Assembly (NCBI GenBank): GCA_000934665.2
Contig: KZ538195.1
Span: 1 to 64,000 of the forward strand
Source of the DNA: Catajapyx aquilonaris
Lineage: Eukaryota
Reading direction: 5' to 3'
Length of the DNA stretch: 64,000 nucleotides
Under the pieces are notes generated by a model. The model saw only the letters and a program-made list of their open reading frames with translations, did no database searches and was not told the origin of the DNA. This document shows, one piece after another, positions 37,801 through 49,411 of this stretch; positions within the stretch are counted from its first letter, which is position 1; every line of letters begins with the position of its first letter. Position numbers and translations under genes: made by a program.

Positions 37801-40800
37801 CTAAAAATGGCACTCTTAACATTTTGGTGGGAAATGGTAAGGTGTAGAACGCTCCATGCTGATTATCAGGTCAAGGTCAAGTGGTCTTTTTTGAGGATAG
37901 CAAAAATACTGACATGCAATTTGTAGGCACTGGTTTTGCCACTAACACTATAACCATTAATAACTCCCTTCAATACCTGATACACAGTAATCTTGGCATT
38001 GGGCCTAGAAGAGTGGGGCTGCCCCACTCCTTGCCTCTGATGCAATTTGGAAACTCCAGTCCTGATGCTGCCCACAACATGCTTCTTCCCATGTCCCTTG
38101 AGGCCACCCAAAACAGTTCTGGGTTCAACATATTCTACCTCCTCAGGATCTTCTTGCATCACCTTCTTTGCCACTCGGGCCTGAAAATGCCTGGACACAA
38201 ATTATACTTAGCAATTTTGTCCTGGCATTGAAATGTTGCACTAAAACTCACTTGTAATTAGCCTGCAGAGATTCCATAGGCTCAGCTCCCACTTTGATAC
38301 CTTTGAGGAAGACAGCATTGGCTTTCTTTGTGTTCCCCATCCTCTCATACTCACCAGCCCAGGTCTCATAAAACTCAGCTTTGTCCTTCCCTATCTCATT
38401 TGAATACATGTATTCAAACATTGTCAATGGCTCAGGTGCACTCTGAATCTAGAAAGAGGCACATGCCCATTTGAATTAATCCATTGAATTTGAAGTGCTA
38501 CAAGTATTTACTGAACACATGTAGTACTATGGGGCTCAAATAATTGCTTTGGCCACTTTATCCTGGTCTTGAAGCAACCCTTCACACACCCACACACACA
38601 CACACACATACAGGCGTGCATTCCTATCCTTGTGAGGTTTTTCCAAAATTTAAAATTTAAAACTAACCTAACCTACAAGGAAACACGCGAAATTTTGGTG
38701 AAATATATTTTTACTGTCTTTATGAGGTATTTTTCCCTATCCTTGTGAGGCGTGTGTTCACTATGAGGTACAGGAAAACTACCTCGTAATGACAAAATTC
38801 CTCACAAGGATAAGAAAAACGCGTCAAAAATTCCTCACAAGGATAGCAATACGCGTCCACACACCTGCTCAACGTGGGGCCTGTGCAAAGGGTTGCTTCA
38901 AGACCAGGATAAAGTGGCCAAAACAATTTGAACCCCATAGTACAATTCTGGACATTAATTCCGTCATACTGCTAGGGACATTTTCCGATGCAGCCGAAGT
39001 GCACATCAAAGTGATGGAGTGCAAGCCGTGCGAGTATGAAATAGTAGGCCCTGGGTGACGTCACTGGCTGGGCGCAAGCGTTTTTCTCTCGATTGCTCCC
39101 AGCTAATGACGTCACCCAGGGCCTACCAACTCATACAGAATCGCACTCCATCACTTCGATGTGCTCTTCTGCTGCAAATGTCGCTAGCAGTACTATGGAA
39201 TTATGTCCAGCACTGTACTGTACTATTCCAAGCAAAATATGGAGAAACTGGTCATGACTGAATTCCCTGACATGGTTTTCCCACAGGCCGAAATTTATTT
39301 GAACTAGGTTACAGCCACATGGAAGGCTCTCTGCACAGTAATCGAAGGGTGTTGTGGGTGCCTGCCCTTACAAGAGTTGGACCCCAAGAGATCTGGTGGA
39401 TTGTGGTCCACTATTGATATACCCTGATTCTCTTAGGCACTTTCATGTGATGTGTCCAATTTGTAAATGTCCCCAGTTACAGTTAAAACACCCATTTCCG
39501 TAAACAGAGCTGATGTAAGACCAGCACACACACAGAAACCACCCAGACTTGCAATTTCTCACAATTGAATAGCCAAGATGCCACACCTCCCAAGTAAATT
39601 TTTTCTCGAAATTGAGTTATTGGTGGGAAGTTACTCTCACGAATGCGTGGCAACTGCCCAAGAAGCAGGAAATGCCAAGTCCAGTTGGAAAGACCGGAAA
39701 CAGACCCCTCGTCAATATGTCACAAATCCCATCTCCAGGACTTGGGACACATGGATTACAAGAAGCACATGAAAATCCAGCATCAGCGGTTTATTTTCAC
39801 ATGATAATCATGTGAAAATAAACCGCTGATGCTATATTTGAATATCATGACAGACCATGACCTGTGACCTAATTCGTCATCGGAACCACCATCTTCAGGT
39901 TCTTCCAACAAACCCATCAATGTATGCCCTGGCCTCAGCACTCAGATGCTCCTGCAGCTTCTTCACATCCAACAGCTTTGCTTCTTTTATAGGGAGATCC
40001 TGGTTGTAGAATGGGTCCATCGAATGCCCCACATGCACATTTTTCCAGAGCAACCGAAAGTATTGTGCATCTGTCCCTGACATGGCTCGTGACACACTCA
40101 CTTCATATTTGTGGGCACCCTGTACGCGAATATCTTATATTCGGTAATCTTGTACTTTTGGCCTGAAGACGTGTGGCACATCCTAGGACCCACTCTACAA
40201 CCAGGATTTCCCTATAACAGCAAAGCCGCCGGACGTGAAGAAGCTGCTGGAGCATTAGAGTGCCGAAGCCAGGGCACACATTGATGGACTTGTTGGAAGA
40301 AACAGTGATGAAGGTGGTTTTGATGATGAATGAGGTCACAAGTTATGGGCTGTCATGATTTTCTGATGTTCTCACGTGAAAACCATGGCCTTGGGAGGTG
40401 TGGCGTCTTGGCTATTCAATTACATTTCTTATTAAAACTGGCAGCATATTTGGAACGAGTGATTAACTTCTAATTTTTCGAATGCAACTATAGTAGAGCA
40501 TTGATTATCTGAACACCGATCAACCAAAACATCGGTTAACTGAAAGCATTTGAGTCTGCAAATTCAAATTTGCGTGCCATGTAGTTCCACTAGCGGCCGC
40601 TAGTGCTGTGGCGCTGCAGTATGTATGGTATGTATTTTTACAACGTGTGATACAAAATATACAGTTTTGTGTTTAATATCACTCTTTCTTATTTCTTTGT
40701 TTCATATTGCTCCTATGACACCGGTACAATTTTTTCCGTAAATGATAGGTTATTCAAAAAATCAGTTATCCGAACACCTCCAGTCCCCAATTGTTTCTGA

Positions 40801-41559
40801 TAATCGATGCTCTACTGTATAGCAGACCAAACTATTCTTTTTTTATTTTTTAGTGATACCCCTTGCCACCCCTTACGGGGTCTTCGGGGAGAGCCAATTG
40901 CTCCTAAACGCCATCGATTGAGTCCGACAGAAACTTGAGACCATGTGAGAAGCGCCCGGGCCTACGGGCAGGATGACTGGGAGGGGATGTGCAAAGTGCA
41001 GTGCAGTTACTAAGAGGGGTACATTTTGTGAGCTCCCCCGGGTGGCTTGTGTCTAAGGATCACCACCCTGGACGTAGCCAGAGACGACCCAAACTCTGCA
41101 CTGAGATAAAAAGGGGAAAGCCCGGGTTGGGGATCGAACCCGGGACCCTTATATCCGTGGGCGCGTGCGTTACCGCAGCGCCACTCCGTCCTCCCCCAGA
41201 CCAAACTATTCATTAATATTAAAATGTGAAAACAGAATTTCTAATGCCTTACATATTTCAAGCAGATTTCTAAAAATCGTGTGTCATCCTTGTATTTGCT
41301 TGTTTTCTTCTCCAATGCTTTAAGGCATCCTGATAGGAGGTTGGCGAGCTCCTTTCCACCTTTGGGGAAATTCTTTTCCTGCCATTTGATATACTTGAAC
41401 CATGGGTCCAATGGGTCGTCTCCAGTGTAGATTCGCAGCTGGGTCTCAAAGTACCTACAAAAATATATGTATGTTAGAATATCACATTACCAGGCACGTT
41501 GACCAAATTTAGGTGCAAACAATCCAAAGCAGCACCCAAATGCATTAAAACTGGGCACC

Positions 41560-41640
<81 letters not shown>

Positions 41641-43584
41641 TTGGGTGATAGGCGTACCCCTTGGGGGTTTTCAGCCAGACCTAAGTTATTATTTATTTTT
41701 GAGGTGTTACAATTTGGAATCCTATTTTTACAACACCCGGGCCCACGGGCAGGTTGGGATGACAGGAGGGGATGTGCAAGTGCAGTGCCTTGTCTGAAAT
41801 GTGGTCGTTTTGTGAGCTCCCCCAGGTGGATTAGCCTAAGGAGATTCCACCCGAGACGAAGTCAGAGACGACTCTTAACTCTGCACGAGATGAAGGGGGT
41901 GTCCCCAGGTTGGGTTCGAACCCGGGACCTTAACATCAGTGGGCGCATACGTTACCGCAGCACCACTCCGCCTCCCCTACTGGGCACCATAATATTATTC
42001 AGTGACAAGTATTTTCAAGTGAACTTCAATATTATATATCCCCAATTTCTCGAAACATGACAACATCCTTCTGTTCAACTTTTATCATACCACTCTGTAA
42101 TAATTACTGCATGCACATGGTGGTGGTCCCTTGTATCACCAAGTGGACCACTTGGAATACTGTATATGATTCTCTCTCTCTTCGTAGTTAACAATGTAGT
42201 TTTGTTGTTGACACTAGCATGCAATTACTCTGTGGCAGTGATGCAGTACCTTGCAGTGTAAGGTGTTCATCACTGTTACGTTTCAGAATAATACGCCTTC
42301 TTGAACAGCAATGAAAACATTTTCTGCACGCACACAGTATAGTTAACCACAGACTCTACATGTACACAAGAAATAACTGTTGTTAACATTAACTCATCTT
42401 CATACAACTGGCCCTTAATGGTATAAATAACTCAACACCGCCAAAATTGGACTTAGCGAAATTCTCTTGTATGCCTATAACATTTACATTTGACATGTGC
42501 TGCTGATCTTTTCTCTCTACTCACAATCAGTGATGGTGTGATCACAGCTATTCATGACTGGTTCAAGTAAGTAAGTAAATGGTTTTATGACTGGTTCAAA
42601 CTTCCATTCAAACTAGGACCTGACTTTATACTTTGTAATTGAGCCCAGCATTGCCTTTCAACCTCCAAGGATAGGGAAGGAAGGAAGCGACCCCGGAATT
42701 ATCCTAGGTAGAAAGACCGTGGAAAACCACAGAAAACCACGGTCAAGGTTGCCGGCCCCGGGATTTGAACCCAGGACCTCCCGATTAGCAGTCGGACGCC
42801 TTATCCACTATGCCAACCTGCTTCGGTCCTAGGACCTGACTGCAGGCCACATGATTAATCCTTTTCTTTGATATAATTTTATGTCATGTGACAATGAGTG
42901 GCCAGCTGTATGACTTAAATGGAAATCCAGTCCTCAGCAGCCATAGAAAGTGGTATCAGTTGACATTTTATTTCATGTCATTGTGTGCTTGCTAACGTCA
43001 TGAAATTTTTTTGGGGTGATCTTCAATGTAGCTACCAGGATTCGAGTTACTTAATTACAAAAAATTGTGAAGCAAAGTAGTGAAAATTAGATGGGGAAAG
43101 TTAGGTGTCGAAATTGTGCATTCTTCCATTCCATCTCGATAATGACGCGTGAAGTATGTCCTTCAAAAATGTGAATCCATGTGAAAGTGTTCAGGGCTTG
43201 ACGTGGAATTTTAAAAAATTTATGATACATTTTGGCAATTAAAAAATTGAATAGCCAAAATAACCAAAATGTACTTTGGCTATTCAATTTTTTAATAGTA
43301 CACCATCACAACACATGGATTCACATTTTTGAAGGACATGTTACTTCATGCGTCATTATCATGATGAAATGGAAAAATGCGCAATTTCGACACCTAACTT
43401 CGCGATTTATATTCACTCCTTTGCTTCATAATGTTACGCAATTAAGTAACTCGAACCTGACGGTGAGATGGCCGTGAGACGGCCGTGAGGGGCTCTGTGC
43501 TATCATGGGGTAAATGGAAGAAAAAAACACACACACACACACAAAACTGTTCTGTGTAATATACCCCCACCGGGGGTACCAAGG

Positions 43585-43646
<62 letters not shown>

Positions 43647-44619
43647 GAATCCAGGTAGCTACATTGAAGAGCACCCCCCCCCCCCAAAAAAAAAATTATG
43701 GCGTTATCAAGTGCAAAATGACATGAAATAAAATGTCAAATTATACCACTTTTTATGCCTGTTGTGGACTAGGTGGTGAAAATCTTGGTGAAACTATAAA
43801 CTCTTAGGTGAAGGGACTGGCTCTTCCAGCCTAAAACGTAGGCTTCTCACTTAGGCTGGGTGCACCGATAGCAAACCCCAAACAAGTGGTAGGTCTTTGT
43901 TGTAACCAGTGTTGCAAAATCTTCAAAAATAAAAAAATACCATGTTCAGATCCCTAGTTTGTTCACCCTGGGTAGCTGACTAAGGGCCAGTTGCACCGGC
44001 CTCAGTATAACTTAGAATTGTTGACCAACAATGATTGCTATGGCAATTCTTGTTATACCCGAGGTTCTAAGTTATACTGAGGCCGGTGCAACTGGCCCTT
44101 AGAAGTAAATTACCCGATACTAACATTTTTTACATACCTTTGGCATGGTAATTAATAACCCAATAAGGTTCCCAGGGTGACCTGGCTAACCCTTCTAGTC
44201 TCATCACCCTGTGAAACTTACCCGCTGGTTCTTAAAAAACATAGCAATGCATAAAACAAGATAGAAGTGAACACCCAGTTACCCAAGTAGGCAGCCTATC
44301 TCACATAGCAAAAATTTCAAATGCAGATTTCGCACAATACCAAAACTGAGTTCGATTTTCATTATATATTATTAGGAACACCTTAAACTAAAAATGGTGC
44401 CTGTTCCAGGGAGGTAAAACTATCCTGGCCCCCTCTTCCCTTGTGAACGCAGAATATGATGCTAAATGTCCCGCTCCACTCAACTCACTTCTTCTCCTCG
44501 GTTAGTTTCTGGCTAAAATCATCTGTGCTCTGCAAAGCGGCGTTAAGTTCCTCCACTTTCCGTCCGTGGGCCAGCGGAAGAACGTTCTCCTTACTCAGCT
44601 CCCACTCGGACACGTCCAT
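24932..44619 (-). CDS. BUB1: Bub1/BubR1-family (MadBub) spindle assembly checkpoint kinase (10 coding exons, ~1173 aa)
   Basis: Exons 44619-44489, 41454-41253, 38448-38252, 38190-37977, 36179-35978, 35903-35749, 35187-35091, 35015-33412, 32545-32301, 25406-24932 (3522 nt, in frame). Motifs: N-terminal WELSKENVLPL, TPR YTGDDPLDPWFKYIKW, GLEBS IYAGNEEFSVEEIQA, kinase GAYAKV, ALKVQKPACEWE, IIHADVKPDNWL, LIDFGRSIDM, WTYQTDLFG. Confidence 0.93.
25434..25718 (-). mobile_element. 5'-truncated SINE family B
   Basis: Body matches 47960-48200 in reverse; (TAA)n tail at 25434-25460. Confidence 0.85.
25870..26322. mobile_element. MITE with ~100-bp inverted arms
   Basis: 25885-25970 pairs with 26211-26295 (CTGAAAATTGGATATGTTG...GGAGCATGC). 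Confidence 0.75.
26450..27030 (+). pseudogene. Degenerate mariner transposase fragment (C-terminal catalytic region)
   Basis: Translates to NAQYYRHLEHHIRPAI*RKQPHFLNTSPIVL, WQWETLQHPPYFPDMTPCNFDYF (mariner HPPYSPDLAPSDF motif) and, after a frameshift, LFTKLKEPVQG. Contains stops and frameshifts. Confidence 0.8.
28510..28770 (+). pseudogene. Degenerate mariner transposase N-terminal (HTH) fragment
   Basis: ATIYRWFQ*FKIGRMSLKDKERSEHP matches the mariner T-x-x-R-W-F-x-x-F-K-x-G-x-x-S-L-x-D-x-x-R-S-G-R-P pattern. Confidence 0.72.
28770..29108 (-). mobile_element. SINE family A variant with adjacent (TAA)n microsatellite
   Basis: Shares GAACCCAGGACCTCCCGATTAGCAGTC and body sequence with 1174-1441; (TAA)n at 28770-28826. 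Confidence 0.8.
29541..29628. mobile_element. Tiny palindromic MITE, TA TSD
   Basis: CTATGGGCGCCAAAAGAATTGACCGGAGTTGATGGGTA perfectly inverted; absent from the homologous position in the left foldback arm. Confidence 0.88.
30343..30598 (-). mobile_element. SINE family A
   Basis: Homologous to 1174-1441 with a B-box deletion; imperfect TSD CAGAAATTGCATGT / CAGAAATGACATGT. Confidence 0.85.
30915..31580. mobile_element. Palindromic MITE with ~250-bp arms
   Basis: 30940-31175 pairs with 31325-31560 (e.g. CATGGACAGGTGGTAATCGCTAGGCTCTAAAT / ATTTAGAGCCTAGCGATTACCACCTGTCCATG). Confidence 0.8.
36293..36381. mobile_element. Very small hAT MITE
   Basis: GTTCTCAACC / GGTTGAGAAC termini, 8-bp TSD GACTAGAT. 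Confidence 0.75.
37200..37620 (-). mobile_element. SINE family A with internal insertion
   Basis: 37450-37617 and 37205-37250 match family A; ~200 bp of unrelated sequence lies between. Confidence 0.7.
38527..38940. mobile_element. MITE, TA TSD
   Basis: TIR CTATGGGGCTCAAAT...TTGGCCACTTTATCCTGGTCTTGAAGCAACCCTT inverted at both ends. Confidence 0.85.
38943..39215. mobile_element. MITE, TA TSD, abutting the previous element
   Basis: CAATTCTGGACATTAATTCC / GGAATTATGTCCAGCACTG with further inverted similarity inward. Confidence 0.75.
39567..40417. mobile_element. Sola1-like foldback element carrying inverted duplicate coding remnants
   Basis: TIR GAATAGCCAAGATGCCACACCTCCCAAG, 4-bp TSD AATT; internal 39895-40075 pairs with 40150-40305. 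Confidence 0.65.
40491..40817. mobile_element. Tc1/mariner (pogo/Tigger-like) MITE
   Basis: TA|(C/T)AGTAGAGCAT(T/C)GATTATC termini, TA TSD. Confidence 0.8.
40838..41196 (-). mobile_element. SINE family B, diverged subfamily
   Basis: Same tRNA-like head as family B with a different 3' end; 15-bp TSD CAGACCAAACTATTC. Confidence 0.85.
41566..41978 (-). mobile_element. SINE family B with long (TAA)n tail
   Basis: TSD ACTGGGCACCATAATA at 41550-41565 and 41979-41994. Confidence 0.88.
42626..42828 (-). mobile_element. SINE family A
   Basis: Homologous head; 13-bp TSD CTAGGACCTGACT at 42613-42625 and 42829-42841. Confidence 0.85.
42942..43757. mobile_element. Palindromic MITE interrupted by a retroposon 3' fragment (43456-43640)
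   Basis: AAAGTGGTAT...TTGACATTTTATTTCATGTCATT inverted at both ends. The insert ends in (TTA)n and is flanked by TSD TAACTCGAA. Confidence 0.8.
43983..44099. mobile_element. Small palindromic MITE
   Basis: AGGGCCAGTTGCACCGGCCTCAGTATAACTTAGAA perfectly inverted. Confidence 0.85.
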
Positions 44620-44809
44620 CTTCAATGAGAAAGGCCGGCTCACGCCGAGTCGCTCCCAGTAGTCACAAATTTAGCCGAGGTCAACGGTGCCCCAACAGGT
44701 CGACAGATGAATGCAAATGTCGGCCGACACCCGGCTCGGAACTATCCAAGCACGACGTTCCACCTCCCGTTCGTCCTGCCTCGGAGTTGCTACAACACAG
44801 ACAACCAAA

Positions 44810-44875
44810 TGCAACGGTCACTTTTTGAACGTACGAATCTGCTCAACTGAGCTCCGAACGCTCTGATTGGCTCCG
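44810..44875 (-). promoter_or_regulatory. Putative BUB1 core promoter with CCAAT box and CHR-like TTTGAA
   Basis: CCAAT on the minus strand at 44866-44870 and TTTGAA at 44824-44829, ~200-250 bp upstream of the ATG; the first exon is CpG-rich. Confidence 0.4.
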
Positions 44876-45059
44876 ACATGATACGGACCAGCCCTCTTCT
44901 GGAAGTTTCATTCGAGTATACTTGAATAATTTTAAACATTTTATAATGTGTTAAAATGACAGTTCATTGGCAATATTGCATAACACATATTTAATCTGTT
45001 AAATGTTGATGCTTCTGATTTTGAAACTCAGGTGGCTCAGGTGAAACGCCGCGCCGGCA

Positions 45060-45961
45060 CCTCGCCACACCGATCTTTGGATCATCACCTGCGATCCCCC
45101 GCCGTAGCTATCTAGCCTGCAGCTATAGCTGTTATGCTATTCTGTGCCTCAGTAGCAGCCAATGTCATTCCGTGATTCCGCTATTCCGCGGTGCCTAAAA
45201 TCCTCGCTAAAATCATACCTAAAATGTCGTGTGACGCGAACCGTTGAGCGCTCTATCTTTCCGAAGGGGTTTCTTATATAAGTTGCCATGCAACACATTC
45301 AATTGATAATTACTGGAAGGGGCATGGCGGGGCAAGCGAGCGTAGTGTTAATATTTTCAGTCCAGGAATATTAATTTTCACTACTGCGTCTGCAGGTGGG
45401 ACTACAAAGCCACAATAACGTTCGTCGGCCTGGCCCGCCACAATAAGACGGACAGTAAATGTTGCGGATACGAAACCCGGCCACAAAAAGCGCCTGACAG
45501 GCGCCCAGCTCCGCTACCGCTCCGCATTAACTAAAAATATCCTGCTGGGCGTCGAACCGTGCCTGGCGGGGCCACAACAGTGGACAGCAGTATATTGTTG
45601 CGGTCAGCCGGTCACATTCACATAAAACCATACAGCATCATCAAGACAAAGGGCAACTCGTCCATCCCTCATGTTTCTGCGGTTCGCGTCGGTGGGAATT
45701 TCTTTACCCACCGGCATGACAGCTGGGCAGAACTCTCTGTACGGGTGCGGATGGCAAATGGCATCTATCGCCAACCTTATTGAGCAAGATAGCGAATAGC
45801 GAATAATGAGTAGCGAGTAGCAGCATAGCACTAACTACTGCTGAGTAGCAGTTAATAGTCCGTAATAGCTACTGTTATCCGCTACTGCAACGGCGGGGGA
45901 TCGCGATTGTGGATGATACACACGTGGATGATGCAAAGATCGGTGTGGCGGTGTGGCGAGG
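45060..45961. mobile_element. ~900-bp MITE just upstream of BUB1
   Basis: CCTCGCCACACCGATCTTTG(G/C)ATCATC...CGATCCCCCGCCGT inverted at both ends. Confidence 0.75.
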
Positions 45962-46467
45962 TATAATAATAAAGTTGCCGAAGCCAGGATGAGAGGGAAA
46001 AAAATAGTCGGCCATCTTTTATCTAGTCAGGTGTACTGTATTATCGTGAGTACTGTAAGTGACTGTAAATGGAAAGTGGGCGAGTACTACCTGGATACTG
46101 CAGTACAGTACTTAATAATATAATATATAATAATACTGCAGTACAGTACTTACAATCAGATACAATGCGTTCACTGGACAAACTGAATAATAGAGTCAGT
46201 AACAACAACACCACTGTTTCTGGGTTAATGGAGAATGCGTAATAGCAGGTAATAGGCTACTGTCGTCACTGCATTCCTTTAAAAATATGGTCATAAATAC
46301 ACCCCATGTTCAGTTCATCAGTGTAGATGAAATGAAATGAAGTACAGAAATTAAAACACAGAATTCCCAGGCTGTGTCTGAGGGTATAGGTTCCAGCAAT
46401 ATCCCACGGATGCTTGAAACCACACAATTAATACCGAACAGTAGCCTACACATAATATAAGTTTTTA

Positions 46468-46638
46468 TAGGCAGGCCACCTAACTTGCCATTGATGTCAT
46501 CGTCAGTTTCCATGGAAATGCCCTCACACAACAATATGAATAAACAATGTCAACAAAAAGAACATTATTATTGTTTACTCCCATTGCTATTGCATGAGCA
46601 ACAAAACGATGTCGTCAATTGCAAGTTAGGGTGGCCTG

Positions 46639-46699
<61 letters not shown>
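46468..46699. mobile_element. Small MITE followed by (TA)n microsatellite
   Basis: TAGGCAGGCCACCTAACTTGC / GCAAGTTAGGGTGGCCTGCCTA, then (TA)n at 46641-46699. Confidence 0.75.
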
Positions 46700-46709
<10 letters not shown>

Positions 46710-47877
46710 GCCTATGAAGTATGATACAGCAATTACGTCCCCTTCAAACTGCTATATTTTCTTCCTTTATTGACACCAGAAATGTATTAATGAAATGTTT
46801 ATTAGAATACAATACAGTGTAACCTGCTAGAGGAAAACACTCGTCTGTTCTTTCTTCTGTGCTACCAGTGCTACCAGTGCTGTTCACAAACATCATGTCG
46901 TTGGAAGCATTTTTCGAAGTGAGGTAGCTACAACCGTTCAAGATTTTGTAAGGCAATGCTCTCAGCATTGCCTTACAAAATCTTGTATGTCTCACCACCA
47001 AGCCTATACTCCTTCATTTCTTGGTCACTGACGTCACTCTCTAGCTAGGCTCTCTCCTACCAAGAATTTTTTGGCGGAGGTGAAACAAGTGAAAATAGTT
47101 CATTTGGTTCAAAGTCTGGCCCCATGGTCTGACCCATGGTTTGACAGTGAGTGTGCAAATTTGGACAACTCCAAAGCTTTGGGTAATGTGGTCCTATATA
47201 AAGTGACATTTGGAATCAGGCATTGTCATTTGTCATATTAATAGTAATTAGCTTTTATGTTCATATATAAGGAATGAAAGTTACTTAAAATGTGCTATTT
47301 TATTACGGTACCGGTACTTACTTTGCATCTACTGTCTTGTTCCTAATTCAGTAGCACGGTTTATAGGAGAATACCGTGCATCCTATGCATCCAGTAAGGA
47401 GACCACTCTCCCCTGGTCAGTGGGCAATGCTATGCTATTTAGGCTAGGATTCAGACCTCTGGTGAAGACCATCAAAAGTTTTGTTACAAGCAAAATGTAA
47501 GTGAGAGCAATGAGAAGTTGTAGGCTACAGCAATAAATAGCATATAAACAAAGACAAATTCCCCAATGTGGGTATGACCAAGAGCTCTTGGTATGACAAA
47601 CTTTTGATAGTTACAAACAAGGGACATGTGCAATAAATCAGGCTTTCTTCAAACTTGGCAGGCAAGTAGTCCACCCTCAGCAAAGAATACCACAACAGTT
47701 ATTTTTAACAAATGAAGGGGTCGGTGTAATACCGCCCTAACCCACCAAATGACACAAATTGAGTTAAGCACATTTCCATATACTACACTCATGTATCTAA
47801 TAAAATACATTGAAATTGTGAAGTTTCTGCCATCGGTCACTGAGAAATCACATGAAATAATTAGTCCAATGATATGG

Positions 47878-48204
47878 AGGGGAGGTGGAGTGGTGCTGCG
47901 GTAACGTATGCGCCCACGGATGTTAAGGTCCCGGGTTCGATCCCAACCCGGGGACACCCCCTTCATCTCGTGCAGAGTTCAGGGTCGCCTCTGGCTTTGT
48001 CTCAGGTGGTATTTCCACAGACTAAACCACCCGGGGGAGTTCACTAAAAATGGCCACGTTTAAGACATTGCACTGCACCTTGCACATCCCCTCCTGTCAT
48101 CCTGCCCGTGGGCCCGGGCGTTACGTGTAAAGGTTCCCATATATGTATGAGACATAAATAAAGGTCCGTGCTATATACCTCCGATGAGGTCAAGCACTAC
48201 CCGG

Positions 48205-48278
<74 letters not shown>

Positions 48279-48303
48279 CATCATCATCATCATTATTATT
48301 ATT
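47878..48303 (+). mobile_element. SINE family B with long (TTA)n/(TCA)n tail
   Basis: Highly similar to 9754-10107. Confidence 0.88.
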
Positions 48304-48312
48304 AGTCTTCTA

Positions 48313-48805
48313 TCTAATATATATCAAGCCCCACGCCGAGGATATAGGATATAGGATATAGGATGGAAAAGATCTCCCACTTCCCGACGTCGTAGAGGGT
48401 TGGGAATGGTCTTAAAAAATAGCTCCAAAAAATAATTGGGAATCGAAAAATCCTCAAAACTGCAAATTTCCCAGCCGTTTTCGAGCTATGACCCAAAAAC
48501 CAAATTTTTCATTCCCGACCTTGCCCAGAAGTCCGTTAAAGCCCGAGAACAATAGCCCTATCCATCACCCGCTGACAGGTCCATTCACTATAATCCCACC
48601 TAGCCTTTTTCATGATACGTCACCTGGGGCGCATTCTAATACTCCAAACCTTTGTGGGCCGTGACGTCACGGGTTCTGTAACCGGATAGATTAGGGTAGG
48701 CCCGGGCGGGAACGCGTAGCGCCGAAGGTGCGCCAATTGGGGCGCAGGCCCATGGGGGGGTGTGGGGGGGCGGAGCCCCCCCACCTCGCAAAGCGAGTCC
48801 AATTA
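48313..48805 (+). mobile_element. Helitron/Helentron-like non-autonomous element
   Basis: A|TCTAATATATAT start resembles the 5' end of the 6208-7982 element; GC hairpins near the end (GGGGGGCGGAGCCCCCC, CTCGCAAAGCGAG). The 3' end is uncertain. Confidence 0.45.
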
Positions 48806-49114
48806 TGATATGTGGGATGTAGGCTATATGGGCTCTCAAACTTTCAACTTCAGTTTTCTCAAAATCAGGTTTGGGAGGGTTAGGGCAGTATTGCATCGAT
48901 CACTTCAAATGTTGGATTAAGTTTTAAAACAGGAGGGAGGGGTTGGTTTTCACAATTTTGACCTTGACAAAATGTTTGAAGTGTGTTCAGGACATTTTGC
49001 ACCACTCTAGAGTATATAGCCTACATTTCATTCCCAATTTTGCTCCATCATACATGAAATTGTAGTACCTCAAAATGAATTTCTTGCCCCAGCCCAGGTG
49101 ATGAATGATGTCTA

Positions 49115-49272
49115 AAGCTGCGTTTACATGTGAGCGATTTGATCAGCAATGAATCCAATTGTTTGGGGCGAAAATCGATTGTTACTATGATTGTTACTTT
49201 TGCCCCAAACAATTGGATTCATCGCTCGGCGATGACATCGCTGAACAAATCGCTCACAAGTAAACGCAGCTT
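49115..49272. mobile_element. PIF/Harbinger-like MITE
   Basis: AAGCTGCGTTTAC(A/T)TGTGAGCGATTTG inverted at both ends. Confidence 0.8.
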
Positions 49273-49411
49273 ATAATGTTGATAAATTGAATGGCGAGGC
49301 AACTAACCCTGTACAAGTTCAGTTTCATTGTTAAACACCTGTTAAAAGTTAACCTTTTTCCACTCCCATCCATATCCCACCATATCATCCAACCATAAAA
49401 TTCGGTACATG

